A DNA stretch of 20,000 bases from an uncultured virus (IMG/VR IMGVR_UViG_3300015245_000036) (lineage: Duplodnaviria > Heunggongvirae > Uroviricota > Caudoviricetes). This document shows positions 8,617 through 17,600 of the stretch, one piece after another. The notes beneath the pieces were generated by a model. It had not been told where the DNA came from, ran no database searches, and saw nothing but the letters and a program-made list of their open reading frames with translations. Made by a program: the position numbers and the translations under genes. The stretch is taken from IMG/VR virus record IMGVR_UViG_3300015245_000036; one strand, written 5' to 3'. The stretch's first letter is position 1. Every line of letters starts with the position of its first letter.

Positions 8617-9087
8617 TTAGCCGCGCAGCGAGACGCGTACTTCAGGAACCGTGATTCGCCCACGAACCATGATGTAGTCCTTGGCCGGCGGAGAGTCCTT
8701 GAGGAATTTCTGCGCCTTCGCGAGGCTCTTGAACGGATGAATGGTGCCCGTCGTGATGAACCACTCGTTCACCAGGGAGACCTTTCCGTAGATCACCGTG
8801 CACTGAGGAGCTTCGGGCGAATTCAGAAACTTCTCCGCCTTGGAGACGTCCGGAAACGTCTCCACTTTCCCCACGATGATGAAGTACTGGATCTTGTCCG
8901 TTTCGTTGCCTTCCTCCGACGAGGCCCCTTCGGACGAGAACGCCGAGGACGCGGGCGTGGACGCGGGCGGAGCCCCGTTTCCCACGGAAACCTTGACGTC
9001 GCTGGGGGTGACCGTCGGCTTCGCGGACGACGAGGCCGGAGGCGGGGTGGTGGTGGCAGAGGTGTTCTTGTTTGCGTTGTTATTCAT
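8617..9087 (-). CDS. Hypothetical protein with disordered N-terminus and internally duplicated ~38-aa module
   Basis: AAGGA RBS; S/T/P-rich N-half; two similar C-terminal units. Confidence 0.75.
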   Translation of the reverse strand: MNNNANKNTSATTTPPPASSSAKPTVTPSDVKVSVGNGAPPASTPASSAFSSEGASSEEGNETDKIQYFIIVGKVETFPDVSKAEKFLNSPEAPQCTVIYGKVSLVNEWFITTGTIHPFKSLAKAQKFLKDSPPAKDYIMVRGRITVPEVRVSLRG

Positions 9088-9105
9088 GTCGGTTTCCTTG
9101 CGATG

Positions 9106-10026
9106 TCAGCCGGCGCCCCTGCAGTGTCCCCACACGGGACACCACTTCTCGGAGCACCACCAGTTGTCTGGATCAGTGGGGGGAAAGTGACCTAGCGCGA
9201 TGGAGCGTGCGGCGCCCTCGAGGACCCTCAGCGCGTGCTTGGCCTGCCGCGGCGTGATGACACCCGTAATCTTCTCGTAGCGGGGTCTCGGGACCTTGGC
9301 GCGCCCCTTCACCAAGTTATCGATCTGAATGTCGGGAATGCCCTCGACGTGCGCGTACGTGGCGAACTGGAGACTGTTCTCGATGTCAGCCTCGTTCTTC
9401 TTGTCGGCGCTGACTTTCAGGTCGTGAATGCGGAGGGGCTTGCGCGACGGCCGACCCGCGGCGATGTCCTCTCGGATCTGCTGGTACTCGGCGTCGGTGT
9501 GCGCCTGGACCTGCGTGCTGTCGATGCGACCGAGGATGGGAAGGCGAACCTTGCCGTCCTCGGACTTGATCACCACGTGGAACGTAGTCTCGACCGAGAC
9601 CGGCGTGGAAGTCGGTCCCGCGTTCTGGTGAAAGATCTTGGCGCACTCAATGCCAACGTCCTTGACGGTGCCAGGCTGCGAGTCCTCCCAATCGTCGATC
9701 AGATTCTTGTTGGCTTCGAAGGCGTCGGAGAAGGAGTCGGTCGCAAGCGCCAGCGGCGGAAGCTTGCCGGTCGCCAGGATCTCCTTGAGCACAACTTCCA
9801 CCGCGGCGTGCACGAAGACGCCCTGCAGCATCCGCGCGGACGCGCGCCGAGCCTTCTGCTCAACGTACAGGAGCGCCCATTGGCGCGGACACTTGATAAA
9901 TGTCGCGGCCTGCGACACCGACAAATACCCACGCGGCAGGAGATCGGACATCTCCGGCTCGACGTCGGACGGCATGCTGATCGCCGGGTCAATGAGGTCC
10001 TCGACGTCCTCCATCCCGGTCGCCAT
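9106..10026 (-). CDS. Second PD-(D/E)XK nuclease, RecB/Cas4-like, 4-Cys
   Basis: YLSVSQ...KCPRQW, GVFVHAAVE, GRIDS...IHDLKVS, QFATY and C-terminal WCSEKWCPVWGHC. Confidence 0.85.
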   Translation of the reverse strand: MATGMEDVEDLIDPAISMPSDVEPEMSDLLPRGYLSVSQAATFIKCPRQWALLYVEQKARRASARMLQGVFVHAAVEVVLKEILATGKLPPLALATDSFSDAFEANKNLIDDWEDSQPGTVKDVGIECAKIFHQNAGPTSTPVSVETTFHVVIKSEDGKVRLPILGRIDSTQVQAHTDAEYQQIREDIAAGRPSRKPLRIHDLKVSADKKNEADIENSLQFATYAHVEGIPDIQIDNLVKGRAKVPRPRYEKITGVITPRQAKHALRVLEGAARSIALGHFPPTDPDNWWCSEKWCPVWGHCRGAG

Positions 10027-10478
10027 CAGCGCCCCCTTGGGGTAGTGCTGGGATATTCGGTCGACTCGTCGTCGGACAGACGCCGTTTGACGCGGTCGGG
10101 CGAGAACGGACCTACACCACCCGCGCGTGCGATCTTGGTGCTGGCGGCCGTGATGTCTTCCACGGTGCCCGGCGGCTCCCCGATGTCACCGATCGCCAAC
10201 GTGGGCCTGTTGCGGGGGGATGGCGCTTCGTCAAGCAGGTCCGCAGGCGCCGACAAGGCGTCGTCGTTCAGCTCCGGTTCGCGGTGACGAGACCGCATGG
10301 GGACCTCGCTCCAAGACACGTTGGCCTCGATCTCGATCTCCTTGACGCTGATACGCGCCCCGTCAACGCGAACCCAGATCTCGACCGACGCCGAGTCCGG
10401 CTCGAGCCCCTTTTCCTCGAGGTCTCTCGTGATGAGACCCATGATGTCGTCCATCTCGTAGGTGGTCTTGTTCTTCAA
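10026..10478 (-). CDS. Hypothetical protein (150 aa)
   Basis: TTG start after GGAGGA, overlapping the helicase stop; TGATG coupling to the downstream nuclease. Confidence 0.7.
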   Translation of the reverse strand: MKNKTTYEMDDIMGLITRDLEEKGLEPDSASVEIWVRVDGARISVKEIEIEANVSWSEVPMRSRHREPELNDDALSAPADLLDEAPSPRNRPTLAIGDIGEPPGTVEDITAASTKIARAGGVGPFSPDRVKRRLSDDESTEYPSTTPRGR

Positions 10479-12433
10479 GGTTCCTCCATGTCCGGCGCGT
10501 CGGCTCCCTCGAACGAGCGAGCCCGCGTGACCGGCCTGTCAATGGTCCTCTTGTACACGGAGCACCCGGCGTCAAACGGATGAACGCCCGCCGGGATGCA
10601 CGTGGGATTGTGCTCGCATCGCATGCAATCAGTACGTCGCGTGAGCGCATCGTCGACGTCGATCTTGACGTCGAGAAGGCGAGCGATCGCCGGCTCGGGC
10701 GTCCCCTCGCCCTGCATCCTATACACCGTAACCTTCCGTGTCTGCCCGATCCGGTAGTTCCGGTCCTTGGATTGCTCGTAGACGATCAGCGAGAACGGAA
10801 GCGCGTAGTAGATCATGTAGGAGGCCGCGTTGATCGTCACCCCGACGCCCGTCGAGACCTGCGCCAGGTACACGCGCAGTCCGGCGTCCGCGGTGAACTG
10901 ATCGATAAGCCCCTGGGCCTCCCGGCTGTTGGACCCGTCGACCCGGACGTGACCCCACCCTCGCCGATCGAGCATGGCGGACACGATGTTCAACTCGTTC
11001 TCGAACGTGCACCAGATGATCGTCTTGTTGACGGGGTCGGCCAGGATCATCTCGAGCAGCCCCTCGGTCGCGTCGAGCTTGGGATTCTCATCGAACGTCG
11101 TGAGCACGTCGGGGAGCTTCGTCGAGTCCACCAGGCAGCGAGGGGTGTGTGGGCGGATCCGGGCCTCGACGCAGGCCTCGAGATGCCGGCAGCCATGGGG
11201 CTCTGCCTGGTCGCAGAACGCGTCGTCGATCGGATTGGTGATGAGGAACCCCGACGCGATCTGCAGCAGCTTGATCAACATCGCCGCGCGATGAGGCATG
11301 CGGGACGCTGGCGGGAGCGACGCCTGTCGTCCGAACATGAGGATGGCGAGGATGTTAGGATCGACCTCCATCTGCTCGACAAGCTGGTTGTGCACCACCT
11401 TCTGCGTCCTGGACAACACGTAGGGAACGTCCACGATGACCTGCTCCGGAAGGTCGAGGCACTCCTCCTTCGTCTTGTGCAGCGACAGGAACGTCACCCG
11501 CCCGTTGAGCACGTCGAGATTCTTAAACCCGGTCACCACGTGGGACCGCGGGCTCGGCGTCACCAGGAACTTGCGCTTGAACTGCGAGTAGTCCTCCGGC
11601 ATGAAGCAGTCGCCGAGGACCTTGTACTGGCCGTAGGTGTCGCGCGGATCTCCCTGCGTCGGGGACCCCGTCATCAGGATTCGCCGGGAGGCCTTCTGCG
11701 CAATGTCGTAGGTCGCGACCGTTCGGCCCGACTCCCACGACTTCACAAGGTGAGACTCGTCGCATATGACCGCGGCGTACGGCACCCGGCGTACGAGGTC
11801 GGTGGACATCGCGCGCGCTCCGTCATACGTGAGAAGCACGACGTCCGGGGGGTGTTCCACGATCGTGGACAGGATGTCGACCCGCTCGGCCGGGGAGCCG
11901 TGGAGGATCACCCACCGAAGCTGGCCGCCGGAGTGCCGGTCGATCTCCCGGCCCCAGTTGGTGACGGTGACGAGAGGTCCCAGGACGAGGACCGTGCCGC
12001 GCTGGCCGACGTGACGCATCAGCCGAATCAGGTCGACCGCGATCTTGGACTTCCCAAGCCCCGGGGCGTAGAAGATCGCGGCACGGAGCATCCACCACGC
12101 GTGGCACAACCCCAGAACCTGGTGATCGTAGGGCGGCGTAACGAACTCGAACCCCACGGGAAGCGCCCGATTCGCTACACTCTCCTCGACGTGCTCGAGA
12201 TCCACCACGTGACGCCTGGCGACATCGGAGAACGTGACGTGGAAGTCCTTGGACATCACCTCCAGGTCGGACAACACCTTCTTCGAGGCAGGGTAAAACG
12301 CCGGGTACATCCAGAGCCGACGACCGGAATCGTACACAGCCCCGAACGGGCGTCCCAGCGCCGGATGGCTTCCGGTCGCCATGAACACGGGCGTCCCGTT
12401 GCCCGCGGCGCCGACTCGAATCTCAAGGTTCAC
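10475..12433 (-). CDS. SNF2-family (SF2) helicase/ATPase with two Cys/His-rich modules
   Basis: PYDHQ, APGLGKS (Walker A), ICDESH (DExH), MTGSP, RVDGS, GVGVTINAA, QSKDRNYRIGQ. Start moved from 12475 to GTG 12433, which follows AGGAGG. Confidence 0.9.
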   Translation of the reverse strand: MNLEIRVGAAGNGTPVFMATGSHPALGRPFGAVYDSGRRLWMYPAFYPASKKVLSDLEVMSKDFHVTFSDVARRHVVDLEHVEESVANRALPVGFEFVTPPYDHQVLGLCHAWWMLRAAIFYAPGLGKSKIAVDLIRLMRHVGQRGTVLVLGPLVTVTNWGREIDRHSGGQLRWVILHGSPAERVDILSTIVEHPPDVVLLTYDGARAMSTDLVRRVPYAAVICDESHLVKSWESGRTVATYDIAQKASRRILMTGSPTQGDPRDTYGQYKVLGDCFMPEDYSQFKRKFLVTPSPRSHVVTGFKNLDVLNGRVTFLSLHKTKEECLDLPEQVIVDVPYVLSRTQKVVHNQLVEQMEVDPNILAILMFGRQASLPPASRMPHRAAMLIKLLQIASGFLITNPIDDAFCDQAEPHGCRHLEACVEARIRPHTPRCLVDSTKLPDVLTTFDENPKLDATEGLLEMILADPVNKTIIWCTFENELNIVSAMLDRRGWGHVRVDGSNSREAQGLIDQFTADAGLRVYLAQVSTGVGVTINAASYMIYYALPFSLIVYEQSKDRNYRIGQTRKVTVYRMQGEGTPEPAIARLLDVKIDVDDALTRRTDCMRCEHNPTCIPAGVHPFDAGCSVYKRTIDRPVTRARSFEGADAPDMEEP

Positions 12434-12485
12434 GCGGAAAACCTCCTGCGCACCGTTACACGACGCGCGCAGCAATGTCTACAAA

Positions 12486-12500
12486 GTTTATAGGATAAAC
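12486..12500. repeat. AT-rich perfect inverted repeat GTTTAT-AGG-ATAAAC in the 73-bp divergent gap
   Basis: Read directly; ends 6 nt before the portal ATG and contains TAGGAT. Confidence 0.55.
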
Positions 12501-12506
12501 ATCTCC

Positions 12507-14303
12507 ATGTTGGACAACGATCCTGGTGGCGCAGATCTCTCCTTCCACAACGTGTCGAGCCACGGCTCGCCGTTGTTCGACTTCCTCACCGCGTTCGCGC
12601 CGAGGAAGCTGAAGGACCTCTTCCGGCTGTGCGAGTACCTCTACTTCAACTGCAGCCAGATCTTCGCCGCGCTTCAAAAGTTCTGCACGTACCCGATCAC
12701 GGACATCGTGTACGACACGACCAACGAGGGGCTCAAGTCCAAGTACGAGGACCTGCACAACAAGAAACTCAAGACCAAGCGCTGGCTGATCAAGGCGGCC
12801 ATCGATAAGTTCGTGTACGGCAACGCCTTCTACTCGATGTACTCGCCGTTTGTGCGGTTCCTGCGGTGCCCGGCGTGCAGCCAGCTGTCCAACGCCGGAT
12901 CGGTCAGCTACAAGTTCCGCCTCAAGAAGCTCTCGTTCAGCTACACGTGCGCCTCGTGCCGGGCCAAGGTCGACGTTGGACCCGAGGCGGTCGTCGACAA
13001 GCCCATCACGCGCCCCGACAAGATCGCGATCATCCGATGGGACCCCAAGCTGGTCGACATCGACTACAACCCCATCACCGGGCACAGCGAGTACTTCTGG
13101 ACGATCCCGAAGGAGATGAAGGAGCGCGTCGCCAAGAACAACAAGCACCTCATCGACAGCCTGCCCATGGAGTTCCTCAAGGCCATGAGGGACGACAAGA
13201 TCTTCAAGTTCGCCGAGAACCAGGTCTTCCACATGAAGATGGACGCGCCCGCCGGCATCGAGGCCCAGTGGGGCTTCCCGCCGCTGGCATCCACCATCAA
13301 GCTCTTCTTCTACGCGGCCGTCCTCCGCAAGGCCAACGAGGCGATCGCGCTGGACTACATCGTGCCGCTCCGCATCGTCAGTCCGAAGCAGTCGACCGGG
13401 AACGCGGATCCGCTCCTGTCGATGAACCTGGCGACCTGGACCAACGAAATGAAGCACTCGGTCAAGCGCTGGCGCCGCGACCCGCTGCACATCATGTGGT
13501 CCCCTGTCCCCGCCGAGGTCACGCATCTCGGCGGGCAGGCCCGTGCGCTCATGACGCTCGGCGAAGTCCAAGCGGCGGAGGACAACATCATCGCGGCCAT
13601 GGGCCTGCCGAAAGAGTTCATCTACGGCGGGTTCTCCGCGATGGGCTCGGGGATCCAGCTTCGCGTCCTAGAAAACCAGCTCGTTCACCAGACCGGCGAT
13701 CTCAACGACTTCCTGCAGTGGATCACCGACAACGCCGGCCGCAAGCTCGGCTGGGGACCGATGCCGACGGAGCTTGCGCCGTTCAGGTTCATCGACGATG
13801 TCCAGCAAAAGGCGCTGCTGATGCAGCTCAACATGGCTGATCCCCAGAACGGTCCCTGGATCTCCAAGACCACGATGGGCAAGCCGTTCGACGTCGACCC
13901 GATCGAGGAGCGCAAGAAGCGGAAGCAGGAGATGCTCGACGACGCCCGCATGAACGCAGAGACGCAGGTCGAGCTGCAGAAGCGCCAGACCGAGCTTGGC
14001 GCCCGGGTCCGCGCGCAGGCGCAGCTCGGTCAGCAGGGCGCCGCCTACGACCCCCAGCAGATGATCGACCAGGCCGACAGCGTCGTGGAGCAGCTGATGC
14101 CGCTCGACCAGGGCACGCGCCAGTCGCAGATGCACCAACTCCAGACCACCGACCTGCCGATGTACGCGCTGGTCAAGGAGCGGATGGAGAACGCGGTCCA
14201 CCAGCAGAACAGGGCCGCGATCAGCGTGGCGCGCACCGGGCAGGACCCGACCGCGGGCGGCGCGGACGTGGACGGCGTTGGCGCCTCGGATCAGATAGGA
14301 TAG
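12507..14303 (+). CDS. Putative phage portal protein with CxxC...CxxC insertion and Gln-rich C-terminus
   Basis: Portal-like segments DKFVYGNAFYS, FHMK...WGFPPL, IIAAMGLPKEFIYGG; ~600 aa. Start set at ATG 12507 because the track start at 12381 overlaps the helicase head-to-head. Confidence 0.65.
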   Translation: MLDNDPGGADLSFHNVSSHGSPLFDFLTAFAPRKLKDLFRLCEYLYFNCSQIFAALQKFCTYPITDIVYDTTNEGLKSKYEDLHNKKLKTKRWLIKAAIDKFVYGNAFYSMYSPFVRFLRCPACSQLSNAGSVSYKFRLKKLSFSYTCASCRAKVDVGPEAVVDKPITRPDKIAIIRWDPKLVDIDYNPITGHSEYFWTIPKEMKERVAKNNKHLIDSLPMEFLKAMRDDKIFKFAENQVFHMKMDAPAGIEAQWGFPPLASTIKLFFYAAVLRKANEAIALDYIVPLRIVSPKQSTGNADPLLSMNLATWTNEMKHSVKRWRRDPLHIMWSPVPAEVTHLGGQARALMTLGEVQAAEDNIIAAMGLPKEFIYGGFSAMGSGIQLRVLENQLVHQTGDLNDFLQWITDNAGRKLGWGPMPTELAPFRFIDDVQQKALLMQLNMADPQNGPWISKTTMGKPFDVDPIEERKKRKQEMLDDARMNAETQVELQKRQTELGARVRAQAQLGQQGAAYDPQQMIDQADSVVEQLMPLDQGTRQSQMHQLQTTDLPMYALVKERMENAVHQQNRAAISVARTGQDPTAGGADVDGVGASDQIG

Positions 14304-14307
14304 CGCC

Positions 14308-14679
14308 ATGAACAAGCCAAACGTGGGCGGCTTTCAGGACGTGATTGACCAGGCGAACCAGATGACGCAGGGCCCGATCGCGAGCCCATTCGGCATCCCA
14401 CAGCAGGCGTTGGCGCAGGGACCGCGTCTGCCGATCCGGCAGACGACCCAGGTGTTCAACCTGCCGCGGAACATCGCCGCCTACGACGAGCTGTGCAACG
14501 AGCTGTGGGCCGGACGGGGCAAGATTCGATTCGAGGACAGAACCTTCACCAAGGAAGGCGAGGTCGTGATCATCCTGTCCTACTTCACCGACGCGCCCGC
14601 GCAGCGCCCACAGCCGGCAGTGGTTGGCGGCGCGGGTGGCGGGGAAGAAGCTGCCGTAGTGCCATACAGGATCCCATGA
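14308..14679 (+). CDS. Hypothetical protein (123 aa)
   Basis: 4 nt after the portal stop; its TGA overlaps the RNAP ATG (ATGA). Confidence 0.75.
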   Translation: MNKPNVGGFQDVIDQANQMTQGPIASPFGIPQQALAQGPRLPIRQTTQVFNLPRNIAAYDELCNELWAGRGKIRFEDRTFTKEGEVVIILSYFTDAPAQRPQPAVVGGAGGGEEAAVVPYRIP

Positions 14680-17600
14680 CGGATGCTTCTACCAAAACAC
14701 AGCCGGTTCTAAGGCCCGTCCTCGAAGACAGCACCACGCGCAGGGAGAAGATTCGGCAGGCGGCCATCCAGGGTCTCGGCAAGGCCTTCCCCATGAAGGC
14801 GGGCAAGTGGACGGTCGAGCTTGCCGACGCCCGCATCGAGCCGCGCGAGTTCTCGTCGCGCGAGCAGAAAATGGCCATTCTCGAGGGAAAGACGCTGTCG
14901 GAGCGCGTCCGCGGCGATCTGACCGTCCGCGACGCGCAGGGCGCGGTGGCTAGCCGCGCCCAGGGATTCACGTTGCTCCATCTCCCCTACTTCACGCCGC
15001 GCCACACGTTCATACTCGACGGCACGGAGTACTCCGTGTCCAACCAGCTCCGGACCAAGCCGGGCGTCTACGTTCGTCGGCGAGGCAACGAGGAGCTGGA
15101 GGCGGCGTTCAACCTGTCAAAGGGTGCGAACTTCAAGGTCATGATGGAGCCCGAGAAGGGTCTTCTGTACATGCAGCCGGGGCACACGACCGCCCGCGTC
15201 GCGCTCTATCCCGTCCTTCGAGCGCTCGACGTCCCGCACCACGACATCGTTCGAAGCTGGGGACCGCAGGTCGCGGCCATCAACCGCGACGCTTTTCGAT
15301 CTCCCGACGCCCATGTCGGGCGTCTCTACGAGGCCCTGATCCATCCGGCCAAGCGGAATCACGCCACGCCCGAGGCCCGCGTCGGGGCCATCCGAGAGTA
15401 CCTCGAGGCCACGTCGATGGACCCGGAGGTTAACCGCGTAACGCTCGGAAGCCCGTTCGACAAGGCGTCGGGACAAGCCATGCTCGCCGCGTCGAACAAG
15501 ATCCTCGAGGTTCATCGCAAGTCCGCCGACGTCGACGACCGCGACAGCCTTGCGTTCAAGACGTTCCACTCGGTGGACGACTTCGTCAGGGAGCGCTTGC
15601 AGCTGGACGCGCGCGCCATGCGCAACAAGCTGGGTTGGAAGCTCGACGCCAACCGGGGCTCAATCAAGGAAGCCCTGCCCGCCGCGCCGCTCACGCGAGC
15701 CGTCACGGGATTCCTGACGACCAGCTCGTTGTCCGCGGTCCCGATGCAGATAAACCCGATGGAGCTTGTCGACGAGGCGTCACGCGTCACCTTGCTGGGC
15801 GAGGGCGCGATCGCTTCGGAGCGCGCGATTCCGCTCGAGGCCCGAGACGTCCATTCCACGCACCTCGGCATCATTGATCCCACGCGCGTGCCCGAGTCCT
15901 TCAAGGTCGGCGTCGACCTGCGCGTCGGGATCGGCACGCGGAGAGACGACCATGGCAACCTGTACGCGCCCGTGCGGAACGTCCGGACCGGCAAGGACGA
16001 GTACCTCAAGGCTGCCGACATGGCCAAGGCGGTGGTCGCGTTCCCCGGAGGGGATCTCGGCGCGGGGAAGATCGTCGACGTGATGAAGGACGGATCCGTG
16101 CAGCGCGTGGCGTCGTCGGAGGTGACCTACCAGATACGGCACGCCTCGGACATGTATGGCGCGACGACCAACCTTCTCCCCTTGCTCAACGGCATGCAGG
16201 GCAACCGCGCACTGATGGCGTCGAAGCACCAGGGGCAGGCGCTTCCCTTGCTGCACCGCGAGGCGCCCCTGGTGCAGGTCGAGTCTTGGAATCCGGGCAT
16301 GTCGGTCGAGCGGGAGATGGTGCGGCTGATCGTGCCAACCGCGCCGACAGCCGGCCGCATCGACAAGATCGACGCAGACTACATCCACTTCGTTCCGAGC
16401 GGCGAGAAGCGAGCTGCCGACGGGCCCATCCGCCTGCACTACGATCACGACCTCCCGCTCGCGGCCAAGACCTACCTCGACAACAAGCTGACGGTGAAGG
16501 AGGGAGACCTCGTGCGCGAAGGCCAGCCGCTCGCCGAGTCCAACTTCACCAGGGACGGCGTGCTCGCGCTGGGAACCAATCTGCGCGTGGCGTACATGCC
16601 GTATCGCGGCCTGAACACTAACGACGGGATCGTGGTCAGCCAGGGCGCGGCGGACAAGCTCACGTCCGAGCACATGTTCCATCACGTGCTGAGCAAGGCC
16701 GGCGATGTCGAGACCAACAGGGAGAAGCACCGCGCGTACTTCGGTGGGCGGTACTCGGCTCGGCAGTACGACGCGCTCGACGAGAGCGGCGTCGCCCGGC
16801 CGGGGACCGTCCTGCAGAAGGGCGACCCGATCATCATCGGTGTGAGGCCAGAGACCGCGACGGGCGACGCCGCGCTGCTAGGGAAGCTCTCCAAGTCGCT
16901 CGTTCGCCCCTACGCCGAGGTCGTCGAGACATGGACGCACGACCACCCGGGGATCGTGACCGATGTCTCGAAGACCGGCGAGCGCCACAGCGCGACGGTC
17001 AAGACGCAGGAGACCCTGCAGGTCGGCGACAAGATCTCAAACCGCTACGGCGCCAAGGGGGTGGTCGCCAAGGTCGTGCCCGACGCCCAGATGATCCAGG
17101 ACGAGAAGGGTCGCCCGGTCGACGTCATCCTCACCAGCGCCGGCATCATCACGCGCATCAACCCGGCCCAGCTGGTCGAGGCGTCGCTCGGCAAGGTCGC
17201 CGATCATCGAGGCGAGCCCATCCTCGTCCCGCAGTTCGCCGCGCGGGACGCCGTCGCCTACGCCAAGGACCTGCTCAAGGCCAACGGCCTGTCAGACAAG
17301 GAGACGGTGGTCGACCCGATGACGGGCAAGAGCGTGCCAGGCGTGTTCGTCGGCAAGTCGTACTTCCTCAAGCTGTTCAAGACGACCGACAGCAACTGGG
17401 CGGCGCACGGCGCCGAGCGCTACGACTACAACCAGCAGCCGGCCCGCGGCGGCGATGACGGAGCCAAGGGCATCGGCAAGATGGAGTTCGACGGTCTCGT
17501 CGCGCACAACGCCCGCGCCGTGCTTCGCGAGTCCGCGGCGATCAAGAGCCAGCGCAACGACGAGTTCTGGCGCTCGGTGCAGCTCGGCACCCCCGCACCC

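Noticed and set aside
3498..10026. CRISPR-Cas locus suggested by Cas4-like genes
   Set aside because: No repeat-spacer array or cas1/cas2 visible in the window.
10580..12493. 637-aa + strand ORF (likewise 4313..5509, 9235..10287, 12456..13571, 15780..16730, 17292..18296)
   Set aside because: Antisense mirrors of well-supported genes, caused by stop-codon scarcity; no recognisable motifs.
12381..12506. Longer starts for portal (12381) and helicase (12475)
   Set aside because: They would overlap head-to-head; GTG 12433 has AGGAGG and ATG 12507 leaves a regulatory gap.
14493..14675. 61-aa N-terminal extension of the RNAP in the ORF track
   Set aside because: Overlaps the 14308..14679 gene out of frame; ATGA coupling at 14676 is the better start.
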